From Octopus vulgaris (taxonomy: Eukaryota): 64,000 bases of DNA. Position 1 is the first letter of the stretch. Each line of letters begins with the position of its first letter. Below, one piece after another: positions 1 to 11,707 of this stretch. Where the stretch lies: assembly GCA_951406725.2 (NCBI GenBank), contig OX597832.1, forward strand, positions 5,580,001 through 5,644,000, written 5' to 3'. The notes beneath the pieces are model-generated. The model saw only the letters and a program-made list of their open reading frames with translations, was not told where the DNA came from and did not search any database. The position numbers were made by a program, and so were the translations under genes.

Positions 1-7
1 AACAAAC

Positions 8-78
8 CTGTACAAATAGTGCGGCCGGTCACTTGCTATCACAGCTACAGGCACCTGTGAGATTTTCTGTTGTGGGAG
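8..78 (-). CDS. POMGNT1: POMGNT1 coding exon 9 (LPQQKISQVPVAVIASDRPHYLYR), start of the GT13 catalytic domain; gene continues beyond the window
   Basis: TTTCTTCCACAG| acceptor, AG|GTTTGT donor, 71 nt. Matches human [24 protein letters not shown]. Confidence 0.95.
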
Positions 79-529
79 CTGTGGAAGAAAATAATTTTAA
101 TTGCCAATAACTTAAATACAGCTCAAATATAAATGAATAACATATATGTCATAAAAAAAAAAAAACTATTGATGAATATATGTAGATATGTATGTACATA
201 ATAATCTAAATATGCAAATAATTATTCCTGAGGTGATCACAATTCCACCTCAGGAATTTCTTGACAAGAGAAGAACCCACAGTTTAGCTTTGATTAGAAC
301 TATTTCCTTTCTGTCACAAACTCTCTTGACAATAATCTCTCAGTTTCATTTCTCCTATTTTTTTTTTTTTTAGATGTTACTAGCATTATGACCCATCGTT
401 GCCGGGTCATAGTGCTAGAGCATGTATATATGTGTATATATATATGTGTACATATTACATGTACATCTATATATATATACATCTACACATAAAATACAAA
501 GTTATATCTTGATATCGCTAGAGATAACA

Positions 530-905
530 ATACTCAAAATATATAACAGACTGGAATTGTAAGCCCGTCTCTTGTAATTTCGATCAATTGTATCTTGTCC
601 TCCCTCTTGTACAGAAGTGTGGCTACAATCCAGCCTACCTCAACTTCAGGGGGGGGATCATTTTTAATTTTTATCCGGCATGTCCTACGTCCCAGATATA
701 AAGGTAAAAATAAAATATTTCCACTTTGCAAGTTCGAGTCGAGTACTCCCTTGCACGCTCTGTTGACTCGAACCTTGCTTCTATTGTGGCGAATTTACCG
801 CCTCTGGTTAGATATCTTTCATAGTCGCACCAAGACATTTTTCGAAGGTGCTTTCCTCCAGGTGTTCAAATCTTCTTTTTTCTCTACATTGTATACTTTA
901 TAGAC
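530..905 (-). mobile_element. Probable retroelement coding remnant, unassigned
   Basis: Protein-like reading (LFLPLYLGRRTCRIKIKNDPPPEVEVGWIVATLL), CpG-richer than flanks, no splice signals fitting POMGNT1. Confidence 0.3.
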
Positions 906-1249
906 AATAGTCTTTTCTTTAATTTAATTTTTTATTATCCATCTGGACTATTCCATTTCATCATCATCATCATCATCGTTTAACGTCCGCTTTCCATGCT
1001 AGCATGGGTTGGACAGTTCAACTGGGGTCTGGGAAGCCCGAAGGCTGCACCAGGCCAGTCAGATCTGGCAGTGTTTCTACAGCTGGATGCCCTTCCTAAC
1101 GCCAACCACTCCGTGAGTGTAGTGGGTGCTTTTTATGTGCCACCGACACATATATGCATGTATATATACATGTAGAGATAGGTACGTACATATAAGTGTG
1201 TATATATGCATATGTTTTATTTATTAATTTATATATACATATATCCCAT

Positions 1250-1525
1250 CAGATATGGGAGAATGCTCCATTGTAGTGTTTGGAACATTTACCATTTGTC
1301 AGTATCTGCTCAGGTCATCCTGAACAATCCTCTGAGTAGAGTCTTAGTTGATCCCCATCTCCACAAGATACCGCCTCATCTGCTGTGACCACGAGGCGTT
1401 TGGTCAACCAACATAAGCCATCGCCCCAGCTGGATTCTCAGAGAAGAGAGCAGAATACGCAGGTTCCAACTTGGAAAATTGAGCAACATGACCAAACAAT
1501 GTGAACTGAAGCTCCTGAATTTGTG
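1250..1525 (-). mobile_element. RTE-type LINE ORF C-terminal remnant
   Basis: QIQELQFTLFGHVAQ resembles the R.R..GHV.R motif; downstream reading is interrupted by stops. Confidence 0.55.
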
Positions 1526-1589
1526 GGGTTGTATGGTTAGGGTTTTTTTGTAGTGTCTTGTTGTGAGCTGTGAATGTGTTTGTGTTTGT

Positions 1590-1956
1590 GAGGTAATTGT
1601 AGAGTTGTGTAGTGGGTCTGTAAATCCGTATTGTGGGTCTGTAAACCTGTGTTGTGGGGCTGCAGAGTTGCATTGTGGGACTGTAGAGCTGTGTTACGGG
1701 TTACTAGAGATGTGTTGTGGAGGTGTAGAACCGTGTGTGGGACTGTGAAGATGTGTCGTGGGACTGTGGAGATGTGTCGTGGGACAGCGGAAATGTGTCG
1801 CGGGACAGTGGAGATGTGTTTTGGGACTGTGGAGATGTGTTGTGGGACTGTGGAGATGTGTTGCGGGACTGTGGAGATGTGTTGTGGGACCGTGATCTAT
1901 GTTATGGGGCTGCAGAGCTGTGTTGTGAGACTGTAGAGTTGTGTAGTGGGGCTGTT
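1590..1956 (+). repeat. 21-bp minisatellite, about 17 units (GTGTTGTGGGACTGTGGAGAT)
   Basis: Visible 21-nt period; explains the CCGTVEM-repeat ORFs in the track. Confidence 0.92.
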
Positions 1957-2334
1957 ATATCAAGATTTTCATAACTCACTTTTCATGTAGGGTTTCGCTG
2001 TTTCGTGAACGAACTGGTAGACAACATATTAGGGCCGTTTCTTGTGAAGAATGGATTCTGGGTGGATCCACACAGGGTCATTGGAGTCTAAGGTCTCCTG
2101 CATGCTAATTTTATTTTTAATTTATTCCCATTCATGTGAAACCACTTATTCAAGTTCAAGTCATTGATGCAATTTTATACCAATTGCTATTTTTACTTTT
2201 GTTATGTTACGATTATATTATACTTTAGTTTGATTTTAATTATTGCTTACTACATATAATTCAATTGTTATTATTATTTTTATTGTTAAAGTGAAAGTAT
2301 CTGACATAAAATAGAGAAATGTTTTTGTTTCACT

Positions 2335-2542
2335 TTTAACACGTAATACTGAAATAGTGGAGAAGATATGATATTGCTATGGGCTCGCTCTAGGCAAGAA
2401 GATGAACTTTGTTTTTGCCGATGACACTCCCCGGACCCTTAGTAAGGCATGTGTAAAATTTGAATGAAATTGGTTGTGTAGTTCTCGAGTTTTAGGGAAA
2501 CACACAGACAGACACACATTCTCAGTTTTATACATATAGAGA
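2335..2542 (-). mobile_element. Helitron-like 5' end fragment
   Basis: Reverse complement starts ATCTCTATATGTATAAAACTGAGAATGTGTGTCTGTCTG. A similar start lies on + at about 57489. Confidence 0.5.
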
Positions 2543-2902
2543 TTAGATATATTTTCTCAAATAGATATTCTTACACATTTTACGGTGCTACTTTAGATGT
2601 TTCAGAAACACAACTGCTGACATAATACCTAAGAAATGTTTTAACAGGATGTCCTTTAACACAAAGTTGAGAAATTATTGTGCAAAATATTCTGAGAAAA
2701 AGTATTTTTTTCACAACAAAACACACACGCACACAAACTCTGTTTTACATATTAAGATTATTTGAAAGAAACACAGAGCATCTCAACAGAAATATGGTAA
2801 CAAAGGGGCTAAATGTGATGATGACATCCTAATAGCAAATATATAAAAAATTTAAACTGAAAATTAGTAATAATAATAAGAAGAAGAAAAAAAGAAACTT
2901 AC

Positions 2903-3030
2903 GGTACTTGGACTGAAAACAATTGGGGCGGGATCCTTGCACTGACAAACACTACCATAACCTTCAACTTTAGAGCAGAATGTCCGACGCCGATTGTTGA
3001 TTTCGTCATCTGGCCATTGGCATTCACTCA
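2903..3030 (-). CDS. POMGNT1: POMGNT1 coding exon 8 ([42 protein letters not shown])
   Basis: TTTTGTAG| acceptor, |GTAAGT donor, 128 nt. Matches human [32 protein letters not shown]. Confidence 0.97.
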
Positions 3031-3720
3031 CTACAAAAATAAAAACAATATTCAGTATACAATCTAAATCAGTGACTTCCAATGTCGGGTATATGCCCCA
3101 CCAGTGGGGGCTGGGAAAATTGTGGTGGACCGTGGTTTCCAAAATTTCTTATTTTTTTTTTTAAGTTAAGACATGAAATTGTGAAAATCTTTTGTACGCA
3201 GCAAACATACTACACCTATTCACAACCTAGCCAAACCAATCCCTCAAGCCAAGCATACTGTGTAAAGACGGTTTGCTACAGTATAGTACTATCCTAACGC
3301 CTTAGTGTGGATATTTCTTTAAGGAAAGTATATAATTATGAAATATTAGTTTCAAACTTTGGCACAAGGCCAGCAATTTGGGAAGGTGTTCAGTTGATTA
3401 CATTGACCCCAGTGCTCAACTGGTAGTTATTTGATCAACCTTGAAAGGATGAAAGGCAAAGCTGACCTTGGTGGAATTTGAACTCAGAACATTAAGACAG
3501 ATGAAACACCACTAAGTATTTTGTCTGGCATACTAGCAATTCTGCCAGCTTGCCAACTACTGGTGGAGCATACATTTTTCTGGAGAGTTAGGCTTGTGGG
3601 AAAATAGGTTGGGAAACACTGATCTAAATAGAAAAGTTACTACCTTTACTACAATTAATACTATCACTACAACTAATATTTCTTTTTTCTTTTTCATCCT
3701 TAGCACTATTATTACAAGGT

Positions 3721-3940
3721 AAGGCGGTGAGCTGGCAGAATTGTTAACATGCTGGATGAAATACTTCGCAGTATTTCGCCCATCACTACGTTCTGAGTTC
3801 AAATTCTGCCGAGGTCAACTTTCATCCTTTCATCCTTTCGGGGTTGATAAATAAAATACCAGTGAAACACTGGGATCAATGTAATTGACTAGTCCCCTCC
3901 CACCAAATTTCAGGCCTTGTACCCTTAGTAGAAAGAATTA
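3721..3940 (+). mobile_element. tRNA-derived SINE (family A)
   Basis: GGCGGTGAGCTGGCAGAA A box and GAGTTCAAATTC B box. Copies at about 3345, 4075, 13280, 33830, 35130, 37900, 38154, 38580, 39487, 39987, 41565, 58925, 60470, 61380. Confidence 0.88.
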
Positions 3941-4433
3941 TTACAAGATGATGGTGAGGAAGAAACAGTACGCTACTAAATTGAGTACCTGGCAGTATTG
4001 AGTTTCATCTCTTTTGGGTTCAAAACCCCACTGGGTTTGTATTTACCTTTCATCTCTCTGGGCTGATAAAGCATCAGACAAAATGTCATGTGGTATTTGT
4101 TCCATAGCTTTATGCTTAGAGTTCACATCCTGTCATGGTCAACTTTGTCTTTCATCTTTTGGGGTTGTTGGATAGAGAACCAGTCAAGTAGTGGGGTTGA
4201 TGGTACTGACTATCCCTTTGCCCCGCAAAATAGTTAGCCATGTGTCTAGATTAGAAACAACCACTACTGCTGCCTCCACCACTACTGGTAGTGAATTAGC
4301 AGAACCATTAGAGTAACAGGCAAAATGAAGGACATGTTGGATAACACAGTGCTAAATACAATATATCTGAAAGAAAAAGAAACCAGAGGATATTCAAGGG
4401 TACCCAAGTGGTTAAAATTAAATTATTACTTAC

Positions 4434-4532
4434 ATTCAGCTGGTACTAATGGTATTGCTGCAGTAAGAGTCACTTTTTCTCCCCAACTTGATAAATCAAG
4501 AGACTTGCTATATGCTTCGGCCACTTTCTCAC
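4434..4532 (-). CDS. POMGNT1: POMGNT1 coding exon 7 (EKVAEAYSKSLDLSSWGEKVTLTAAIPLVPAE)
   Basis: TTTTTACAG| acceptor, T|GTAAGT donor, 99 nt, phase 1 to 1. Matches human [24 protein letters not shown]. Confidence 0.93.
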
Positions 4533-6108
4533 CTGTAAAAAACAGGGACAGAAACTTTATACACTAATTCACATGAATCTTAAATGTACTCATATGTTTT
4601 ACATAGCATACAAACAGTAACATTTATACACAATCAGTTAATACTTTAATTCTTTTTCTTTATCTATTCAAGTGCAATTTGAGATAACGAGAGTAGAACA
4701 GGAAATTAGAAAAAAAATTGTGTTTAAGAAATGAGTGCAGGTATGAATGAGTAGTTAAGAGTTTGCTGAACAATTCAGTCCTGTGGAGGTGCATGGCTTA
4801 GTGGTTAGGGTGTTAAACTTACAATTGTAAGATTGTGGTTTTGATTGCTGGACTAGGTGATGCATTGTGTTCTTGAGCAAAACACTTCATTTCATGTGGC
4901 TCCACTTACCAGGTAAAAATGAGTATTCCTACAATGGGCCAGCATCTTATCCAGGGAGGAATGTATAATGCCAGAGAAACTGGGAAACAGAGTAATGTGG
5001 ACCAACCAAGTTCAATCCTAGTCTGCAGCATCTTGGCCAAATGTCTCTCACCATAATTTTGGGTTGACCAAAACCTAAGAGAAATTTGCTATTTTACAAC
5101 TTGTGTGGAAACCTACTGGAAGGTCTGCTCCTGTTTCTGAGTGGTAGACTTAATCCATTACTTAGTTTAACAGGTTTAATACCACCACCTGGCCTTTCAA
5201 TGCTATTAACACAGCCCACTCAGTTGCAAGTGTTTGAGTTAAGTTTCTTTTTCTCCTACCAGTCTTGAAGGTCCAGCAAAAAGGGACATGAGGAATGTTT
5301 ATCTTCTGATTCCACCATTAAATTTATTTCTCTTTTATCTCTTACTTATTTCAGTCATTAGACTGTGGCCATGCTGGGGCACCACCTTGAAGCATTTTTT
5401 GGTATCAACCCCAAAACTTATTTTTTTAAAGCCTGATCAATTGGTCTTATTTGCAGAACCACTAAGTTATGGGGATGTAAATATACCAGCACTGGTTGCC
5501 AAGTAGTGGGGTAGGGGGTGACACACACAAATATACGATGGGCTTCTTTCAGTTTCTGTTCACCAAATCCACTCACAAGGCTTTGGTCCACCCATGGCTA
5601 TAGTAGAAGACACTTGCTCAAGGTGTTACACAGTGGTATTGAACCCTGAACCATGTGGTTAGCAAGCAAGCTTTTACTTTTTACAAAACAAAAAGAGAGA
5701 AAACCATGGTAGATATGAGTAGACAAGATAAGTGCACTGATAGAAAGCAATGTGGTTAGGAGGGTCATGGCTGTTTACACATTAAATGCAGTACTTATGA
5801 GAAGTTACATTAAATAAAATTGAAATCGTAATTCAATATAGTCAGAAATACTAAATTTCTAAATCTCTCGTAGAGACATGTACGGTGGTGGGGTGATAGA
5901 ATGGTTGTATACTGTCAAAGCCATCAGGAGGCGTCAATGCTTCCTAGGGCTAAACAGCGGTGGTGTACCCCCCTACTGTCATGTTCGTGTTAAGAGTGAC
6001 AGTATACAACAATTCAATATAGATTTTTTTTAAAAGTGAGAGGTATGAAATAATCAAAAACCTAGTGGCTTATAATATAGTCAAAAACGCCTAAGTGGAA
6101 ATACTTGC

Positions 6109-6226
6109 TTTTTTTAATTGTGATAAATGCCCACATGTCTCTCCAGTTGAGGAAATCAGCTTTCTCACTGCCAAGCTGCTTCAATGCATTGCGAGCAGTC
6201 TGTTTCAGTTGAAAGGATCCTTCATC
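6109..6226 (-). CDS. POMGNT1: POMGNT1 coding exon 6 (DEGSFQLKQTARNALKQLGSEKADFLNWRDMWAFITIKK)
   Basis: TTTTTAG| acceptor. Matches human DEGSFHLKDTAK...WRDTWAFV. 118 nt if the donor is A|GCAAGT (GC-AG intron), which gives the phase 1 the next exon requires. Confidence 0.92.
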
Positions 6227-6419
6227 CTAAAAAGGTAAACACAAAGATTTCATAATTCTACTTCAGGAGACATATACAAGAAAAAAACTAAATCAATAGC
6301 ACAAAATATTTTGCAAGAAACCAAGTTCCTTATAGTCTGTTTAATATACATTAGGCTAATGGTTCTCTATATTTCCATGATGGGGAATATACATTATGCA
6401 GAGCACACTGCATGTTAGT

Positions 6420-7035
6420 GAAACATCACTGAGGCAAGAGGAAAGGTCAAAGTATCTGGACGCTGTATTCATGAGTGTCAGGAGATGGGAAACTGAATTG
6501 GATGCCAGAATTGTAGTTGTTGGTATAGTAGTGTGCCAGCTTCAGCATTTGATCCTCAGAAGAGAATTTAGTAAAAAAAAAAAAAAGTTTTCAATCCAAT
6601 GCTCACCAATGGTCATAAATGTTGGGTATGACTGTGAATACAAACAGCTGAAATGGGGTTCCTCTGAAAGATCTCTAGAGTAACATTACTCAACAAGGTG
6701 CATAGCTTGGAGATCAGAGAGTTTCTTCAGATCAAGCTGCTACTTCTCTGCAGTGAGAAGTCACAGCAATGGTATTACAGACATGTGGTTAGAATGCCAC
6801 AGAAAAGGGTCACAAGATAGACTCTTCAAGCCAAGGCAACATATGAGGGACCTAGAAGTAGAACCACAAGCAAGATGGTTGAATAATATTCATAGTCTCA
6901 GTTGATCATGCCTGGGAATCCAACTGGAAAGTTTAATGACAGTTGTCTCAGATAGGTTCCTATGGAGGAGGTGCCTAAGGACTGTACCCTGACAACACTT
7001 TAAGGAATAACAGCCACCCAAAAATGGATGAGAAA
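6420..7035 (+). mobile_element. Heavily decayed RTE-like LINE 3' fragment
   Basis: KYL.AVF and PMLTNGH-like remnants of post-RT motifs; many indels. Confidence 0.4.
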
Positions 7036-8510
7036 AATAAAAGTGTTAGTTCTGCTTTAATTCTGATGATCTATGTGGAAGAAATCAGTCTGTAGTAAAG
7101 ACTTTAAGGGAACCTTTTGGAATTAAAAGATGCAAAGTGAAATGCAATCACATCTGTACATAATATCTTTATTCTTTGATATGGAGTCAGAGATTGGTGT
7201 ACTAATTGGAGAAGACTGAATGAAGTGATTTGTTATGAAACAAAAAACACTCAATCTCTACTCCAATAACAAAGTAAAGTTAGTTTTGGGAGAATTTAAC
7301 AGGTGCAGGTTGTTCATAAATATATTCTGATGTCCTACTGTTTAATGAAGAAATGTTTTAAAACATCTGATTAAATGATGGTACAAGTATTCCTCAACCT
7401 TGCATGAAACTGAATAAAAATCATGATGTTATGTTGACATTTCCTATTAGCAAACTGCCCTGTACTTTTGAAGACAACTAGAATAAAAAATACCTTACAA
7501 GGAAAACAGTTATGAGTTACAGAGAGGAAGAGCATCCAGCTAGAAAATAATACCTCAATTAATAAGTATCTTCGGCCCAAGTTAGCATGAAAAAACAGAC
7601 ATAAAATGAACAGTTGTTATTGTAGTTAAAATTTCACAGAGGGGAATATCTTGTTATTACACAATGTAACAACATTCAATACTAAGAGTAATTACTTTAT
7701 CAAGACATAAAAATATTTAACTTAAAAAATAAAATCAGGATCCACTACGTTTCATTCAATGAAATTTAAGCAAGGGGATTTATATCTTGTGACATATCTT
7801 GTAACATAATATTCTCCTTCTGAGCAAAGTACACACGTTCACTGAACTGACAATTCCTGTTTGTATTTTTGAAAGAGTAAAAACTGTGAGTCCAAAATTT
7901 ACCTTACATTTATTTGTCAATATTGAATACATCAGCTTTATTCATGATAAATATGGAACTAAGTCATATATATGGATCTTTTCAATTGTTGTCACAGGCT
8001 TGGAAATTTTAAGATTAAGTGAAACTTTTTAAAATTTTGTACATTGATGTAATTTTTACATACTGAGTTCCAATCTGAGATTTCCATTTATTCCAGAAAA
8101 ATTTAGAAACATGTTACAAATGTTCAAAATTTGATAATTTTTAACCAATCAGAAAATGGGAATTAGAAGCTGACATTTTCTGTGTGATAGTTGTGTCACA
8201 AAATGAAAGCAAAGCATTATGAAAGTTGTTTATGTGTGCAATGCTGGTTTTTGATTGGCTAAAATTACCCAAAATTTGCACACTTTAAAAGCAATTAACT
8301 TATTATTTATTAATTTAATGCAAAAATGATTTTCATTTTCTAATTAACATACAAAACTAAATTGGAATGACCAAATTTGAAAATAACTGGAACAAAATTG
8401 AAAAACATATGAAATCTGTGATAGCAACCAAAATAAGCCATATTTATCTACCTGTCTACACACACACACAATCACTAGCCACAACACATTCTTTATTTTC
8501 TTTCCTTGTT

Positions 8511-8548
8511 TCTTTCTGTGGAAGAGCATAGGCTCGAAACGTTAAAGA
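8511..8548 (+). ncRNA. Minimal hammerhead-like motif with variant core, in a Penelope-like terminal fragment
   Basis: TCTTT-CTGTGGA-A-GAGC atag GCTC-GAAACGTT-AAAGA. The core deviates from CTGANGA. A more decayed copy lies at 15896-15933. Confidence 0.45.
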
Positions 8549-8623
8549 CTTTTTCACTTCTCATGCGTTAAAATAATACATCTTGTGAATTCTTCCCTTA
8601 TATATATATATATATATATATAT

Positions 8624-8748
8624 GTAGGTCCCGGGTTGATTCGGGGTTAACCACAGTAAATAAGGTACTCAATACATAGCAGAGTAAAATTAATTTATTA
8701 TATAGAATGAGCTTCTACAGGACTAGAACTGTTTCATTCAAGAGAAAT
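8624..8748 (-). mobile_element. 5'-truncated copy of the 47288 hammerhead-bearing element, between (TA)n tracts
   Basis: Reverse complement reads TTGAATGAAACAGTTCTAGTCCTGTAGAAGCTC, identical to 47308-47340, then about 85 nt more. The CTGATGA half is missing. Confidence 0.8.
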
Positions 8749-9164
8749 ATATATATATCATCGTCTTCTTTTTCTCTTTTACTTATTTTAGTCATTTGAC
8801 TGCAGCCATGCTGGAGCACTGCCTTTAGTTGAAGAAATCAACTCCAAGACTTATTCTTTGTAAGCCTAGAACTTATTCTATCAGTCTCTTTTACAGAACC
8901 ACTAGGTTAACACACCAACATCGGTCATAAAGTGGCAGTGGGGGGACAAACACAGACACACAAATACATACATACATATATATATATATATAAATATATA
9001 TATATGACAGGACTCTTTCAGTTTCCACCGACCAAATCCACTCACAAGGCTTTGGTCATCCTGAGGCTATAGTAGAAGGCACTTGCCTAAGGTACCATGT
9101 GGAGGACTGAACCCGGAATCATGTGATTGGGAAACAAGCTTCTTACCACCTGTACCTATATTCT

Positions 9165-9370
9165 CTTTCTCTTTTACTTGTTTCAGTCATTTGACTGCAG
9201 CCATGCTGGAGCACCGCCTTTAGTCGAGCAACTCGACCCCGGGACTTATTCTTTGTAAGCCTAGTACTTATTCTATCGGTCTCTTTTGCCGAATCGCTAA
9301 GTGACGGGAACATAAACACACCAGCTTCGGTTGTCAAGCGATGTTGGATGGGACAAACACAGACACACAA

Positions 9371-9418
<48 letters not shown>

Positions 9419-9580
9419 GACGGGGTTCTTTCAGTTTCTGTCTACCAAATCCACTCACAAGGCTTTGGTCGGCCCAAGGCTATAGTAGAAGACACTTGCC
9501 CAAGGTGCCATGCAGTGGGACTGAACCCGGAACCATGTGGTTGGTAAACAAGCTACTTACCACACAGCCACTCCTGCGCC
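9165..9580 (-). mobile_element. Full-length tRNA-derived SINE with internal (TA)/(TG) microsatellite (family B)
   Basis: Head GGCGCAGGAGTGGCTGTGTGGTAAG (A box) and GGTTCAGTCCC (B box). Other copies at about 5335, 8770, 12330, 15160, 23160, 28100, 30185, 42555, 42750, 44800, 45315, 47730, 49605, 53915, 56385, 58055, 60745, 63490. Confidence 0.9.
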
Positions 9581-9641
9581 ATATTATATATATGCACACA
9601 CATAAAGAGGTTAGAAGTAAGCAAGCATCATAATTACATAC

Positions 9642-9755
9642 CTTGATTGTGAAGATGATGATTCGACCATTTGTTATCATATTAAGAAAGAGGACCATTG
9701 CTTCATCTTCTTGCTTACTGTACGTATCAAACACCCTCTTGGCCATCACACTTGC
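9642..9755 (-). CDS. POMGNT1: POMGNT1 coding exon 5 ([38 protein letters not shown])
   Basis: TTTGTAG| acceptor, |GTATGT donor, 114 nt. Close to human [24 protein letters not shown]. Confidence 0.96.
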
Positions 9756-10035
9756 CTACAAACATCAAACATAATCCACTAAAAAACATGTAGGTTACAT
9801 TATAATTTCTTCAAAAAGGCGATACATATTTAAGCAATTATATTTAACAGCAATTCAAAAAGCTTTATAGTTCAAAGTTGACAAGCAGAAAATTTTTTTT
9901 ATCGCATAAGATACAAGATTATACATATATACATACATACATACATATATATATCTATATATAGACATATAAATGTATATATATATACACACACACACAT
10001 ATATATTTATATACATACACACACACATATATATA

Positions 10036-10932
10036 TTACATTGGTAAGAAAGTTCTTGGACAAGTCATTGAAGCCGATCCAATGCAAACTGCATGTCAAC
10101 TTGAGGTACACTTTGGCATCTCCCGTGCCATGATTATCAACCACCTGCATCATCTCGGCATGGTCAGCAAGATTGGAAAATGGGTGCCACATGAACTGAC
10201 TGAAGCAAACAAATAAGCACATGTCACTGCATGTCCAAAGTCTGCTCTGGCAAAGCCGAAGATTCAATTGGTTAGAGTCAGTAATCACTATGAATGAAAA
10301 GTGGGTACTGTACTCTAATGTGAGATGCAGACGATCCTGGTGTAGCAAAGGTCAACAGCCAAAATCTTTGCCAAAATGACTGCTTGTGCAAAAGAAGGTT
10401 ATGATCTCAGTTTGGTGGGACTGCCGTGGTGTGACCATGTTGCATCTTCCCTCATGCAATACCACCATTGACAAGGATGTCTACTGAGAACAAATCAACC
10501 ATCTAAAGATTGAACTGGCTGAAAAATGCTCAAATTTGAAGAAGATAATTTACCACCAAGACAATGTGCCATCAAATCATGCAAAGAAGATGTCAGAGAA
10601 GTTGAAGGAGGCAGGCTGGGAGATTATGGTGCACCCACCATGTTCTCCTGACCTTGCCCCTTCTGACTACCACTAATTCTTTGCCTCGCAATGCACAATT
10701 AGCCATACAGGGTTCGGAAATGAAGAAGATGTGAAATCGTTCCTTTCTGATTTTATTGATTCAAAGCCACGTGATTTCTGGATGAAAGGATTCAAAACTT
10801 TGCCTGAAAGATGGCAAAAGGTGATCAATAACGAGGGTGATTACCTTTTGGACTAATTGCTCTTTGTTGTTTTTTTAATTGTTAATAAAGTGATATGTTA
10901 AAAGTGTCCAAGAACTTTCTTACCAAACTGAT
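10036..10932 (+). mobile_element. Internally deleted, decayed mariner (DD34D) transposon
   Basis: Perfect 22-bp inverted repeats 10041-10062 and 10905-10926 in TA context. Remnant motifs KWVPHELT (10181), ITMNEKWVLY, KVMISVWWD, HQDN, HPPCSPDLAPSDYHL, with stops and frameshifts. Confidence 0.93.
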
Positions 10933-11251
10933 ATATATATCTCCCAATCTGCACCAACATGAGCATTAAAATCACCCAAAATGACAACTTTGCCATCATG
11001 GAAGATATTGCGTATAATCTCAGTAAGTGATTGACAGAAGGCAAGTTTATCACCTCATAGTTGGAGCATATGCACTTATGAGTGTTGCATAGCGACCTTT
11101 TCTTAATGGCAGATTTACAGAAATTAAGTGATCCGAATGACCACATGGTAGTTCCTCAAGTTTTGAAGCCAGAGTGGTTTTCATAGCAAATCCCACTCTT
11201 GATTCTCACTTATAGGTCTCCTCTCTACTGCTATATATACATATCAACATA

Positions 11252-11300
<49 letters not shown>

Positions 11301-11374
11301 AATATTAGGGAATAAATCCAAACTTACAGGGAAAAATCAGATTTAGGATTGAATCCAATTTTATAGTAAAATAT

Positions 11375-11479
11375 TATATTATATTAAATTAGAGACAAAA
11401 CCACTATTAGGCAAATCAAACAATGAAATATTGTTTGATTTGCCTAATAGTGGTTTTGTCTCTAATTTAATATAATATA
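11375..11479. repeat. Perfect inverted repeat, 50-bp arms, 5-nt spacer
   Basis: 11375-11424 versus 11430-11479, loop GAAAT. Confidence 0.95.
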
Positions 11480-11578
11480 TATATACACACACATACATAT
11501 ATGTACATACATATACATACATATATACATTCATCTATATATATATATATATATATACATAAAGCTATACATATACAT

Positions 11579-11609
<31 letters not shown>

Positions 11610-11664
11610 TACATATATATACATATATATACATACATACATACATATATATACATACATATAC

Positions 11665-11707
<43 letters not shown>

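Noticed and set aside
1563-1974. Cys-rich ORFs (CCGTVEM repeats) resembling metallothionein or keratin-associated proteins
   Set aside because: By-product of a 21-bp minisatellite; open in several frames with no gene context.
9500-9580. tRNA genes at SINE heads
   Set aside because: A/B boxes are present but there is no full cloverleaf; they are SINE promoters.
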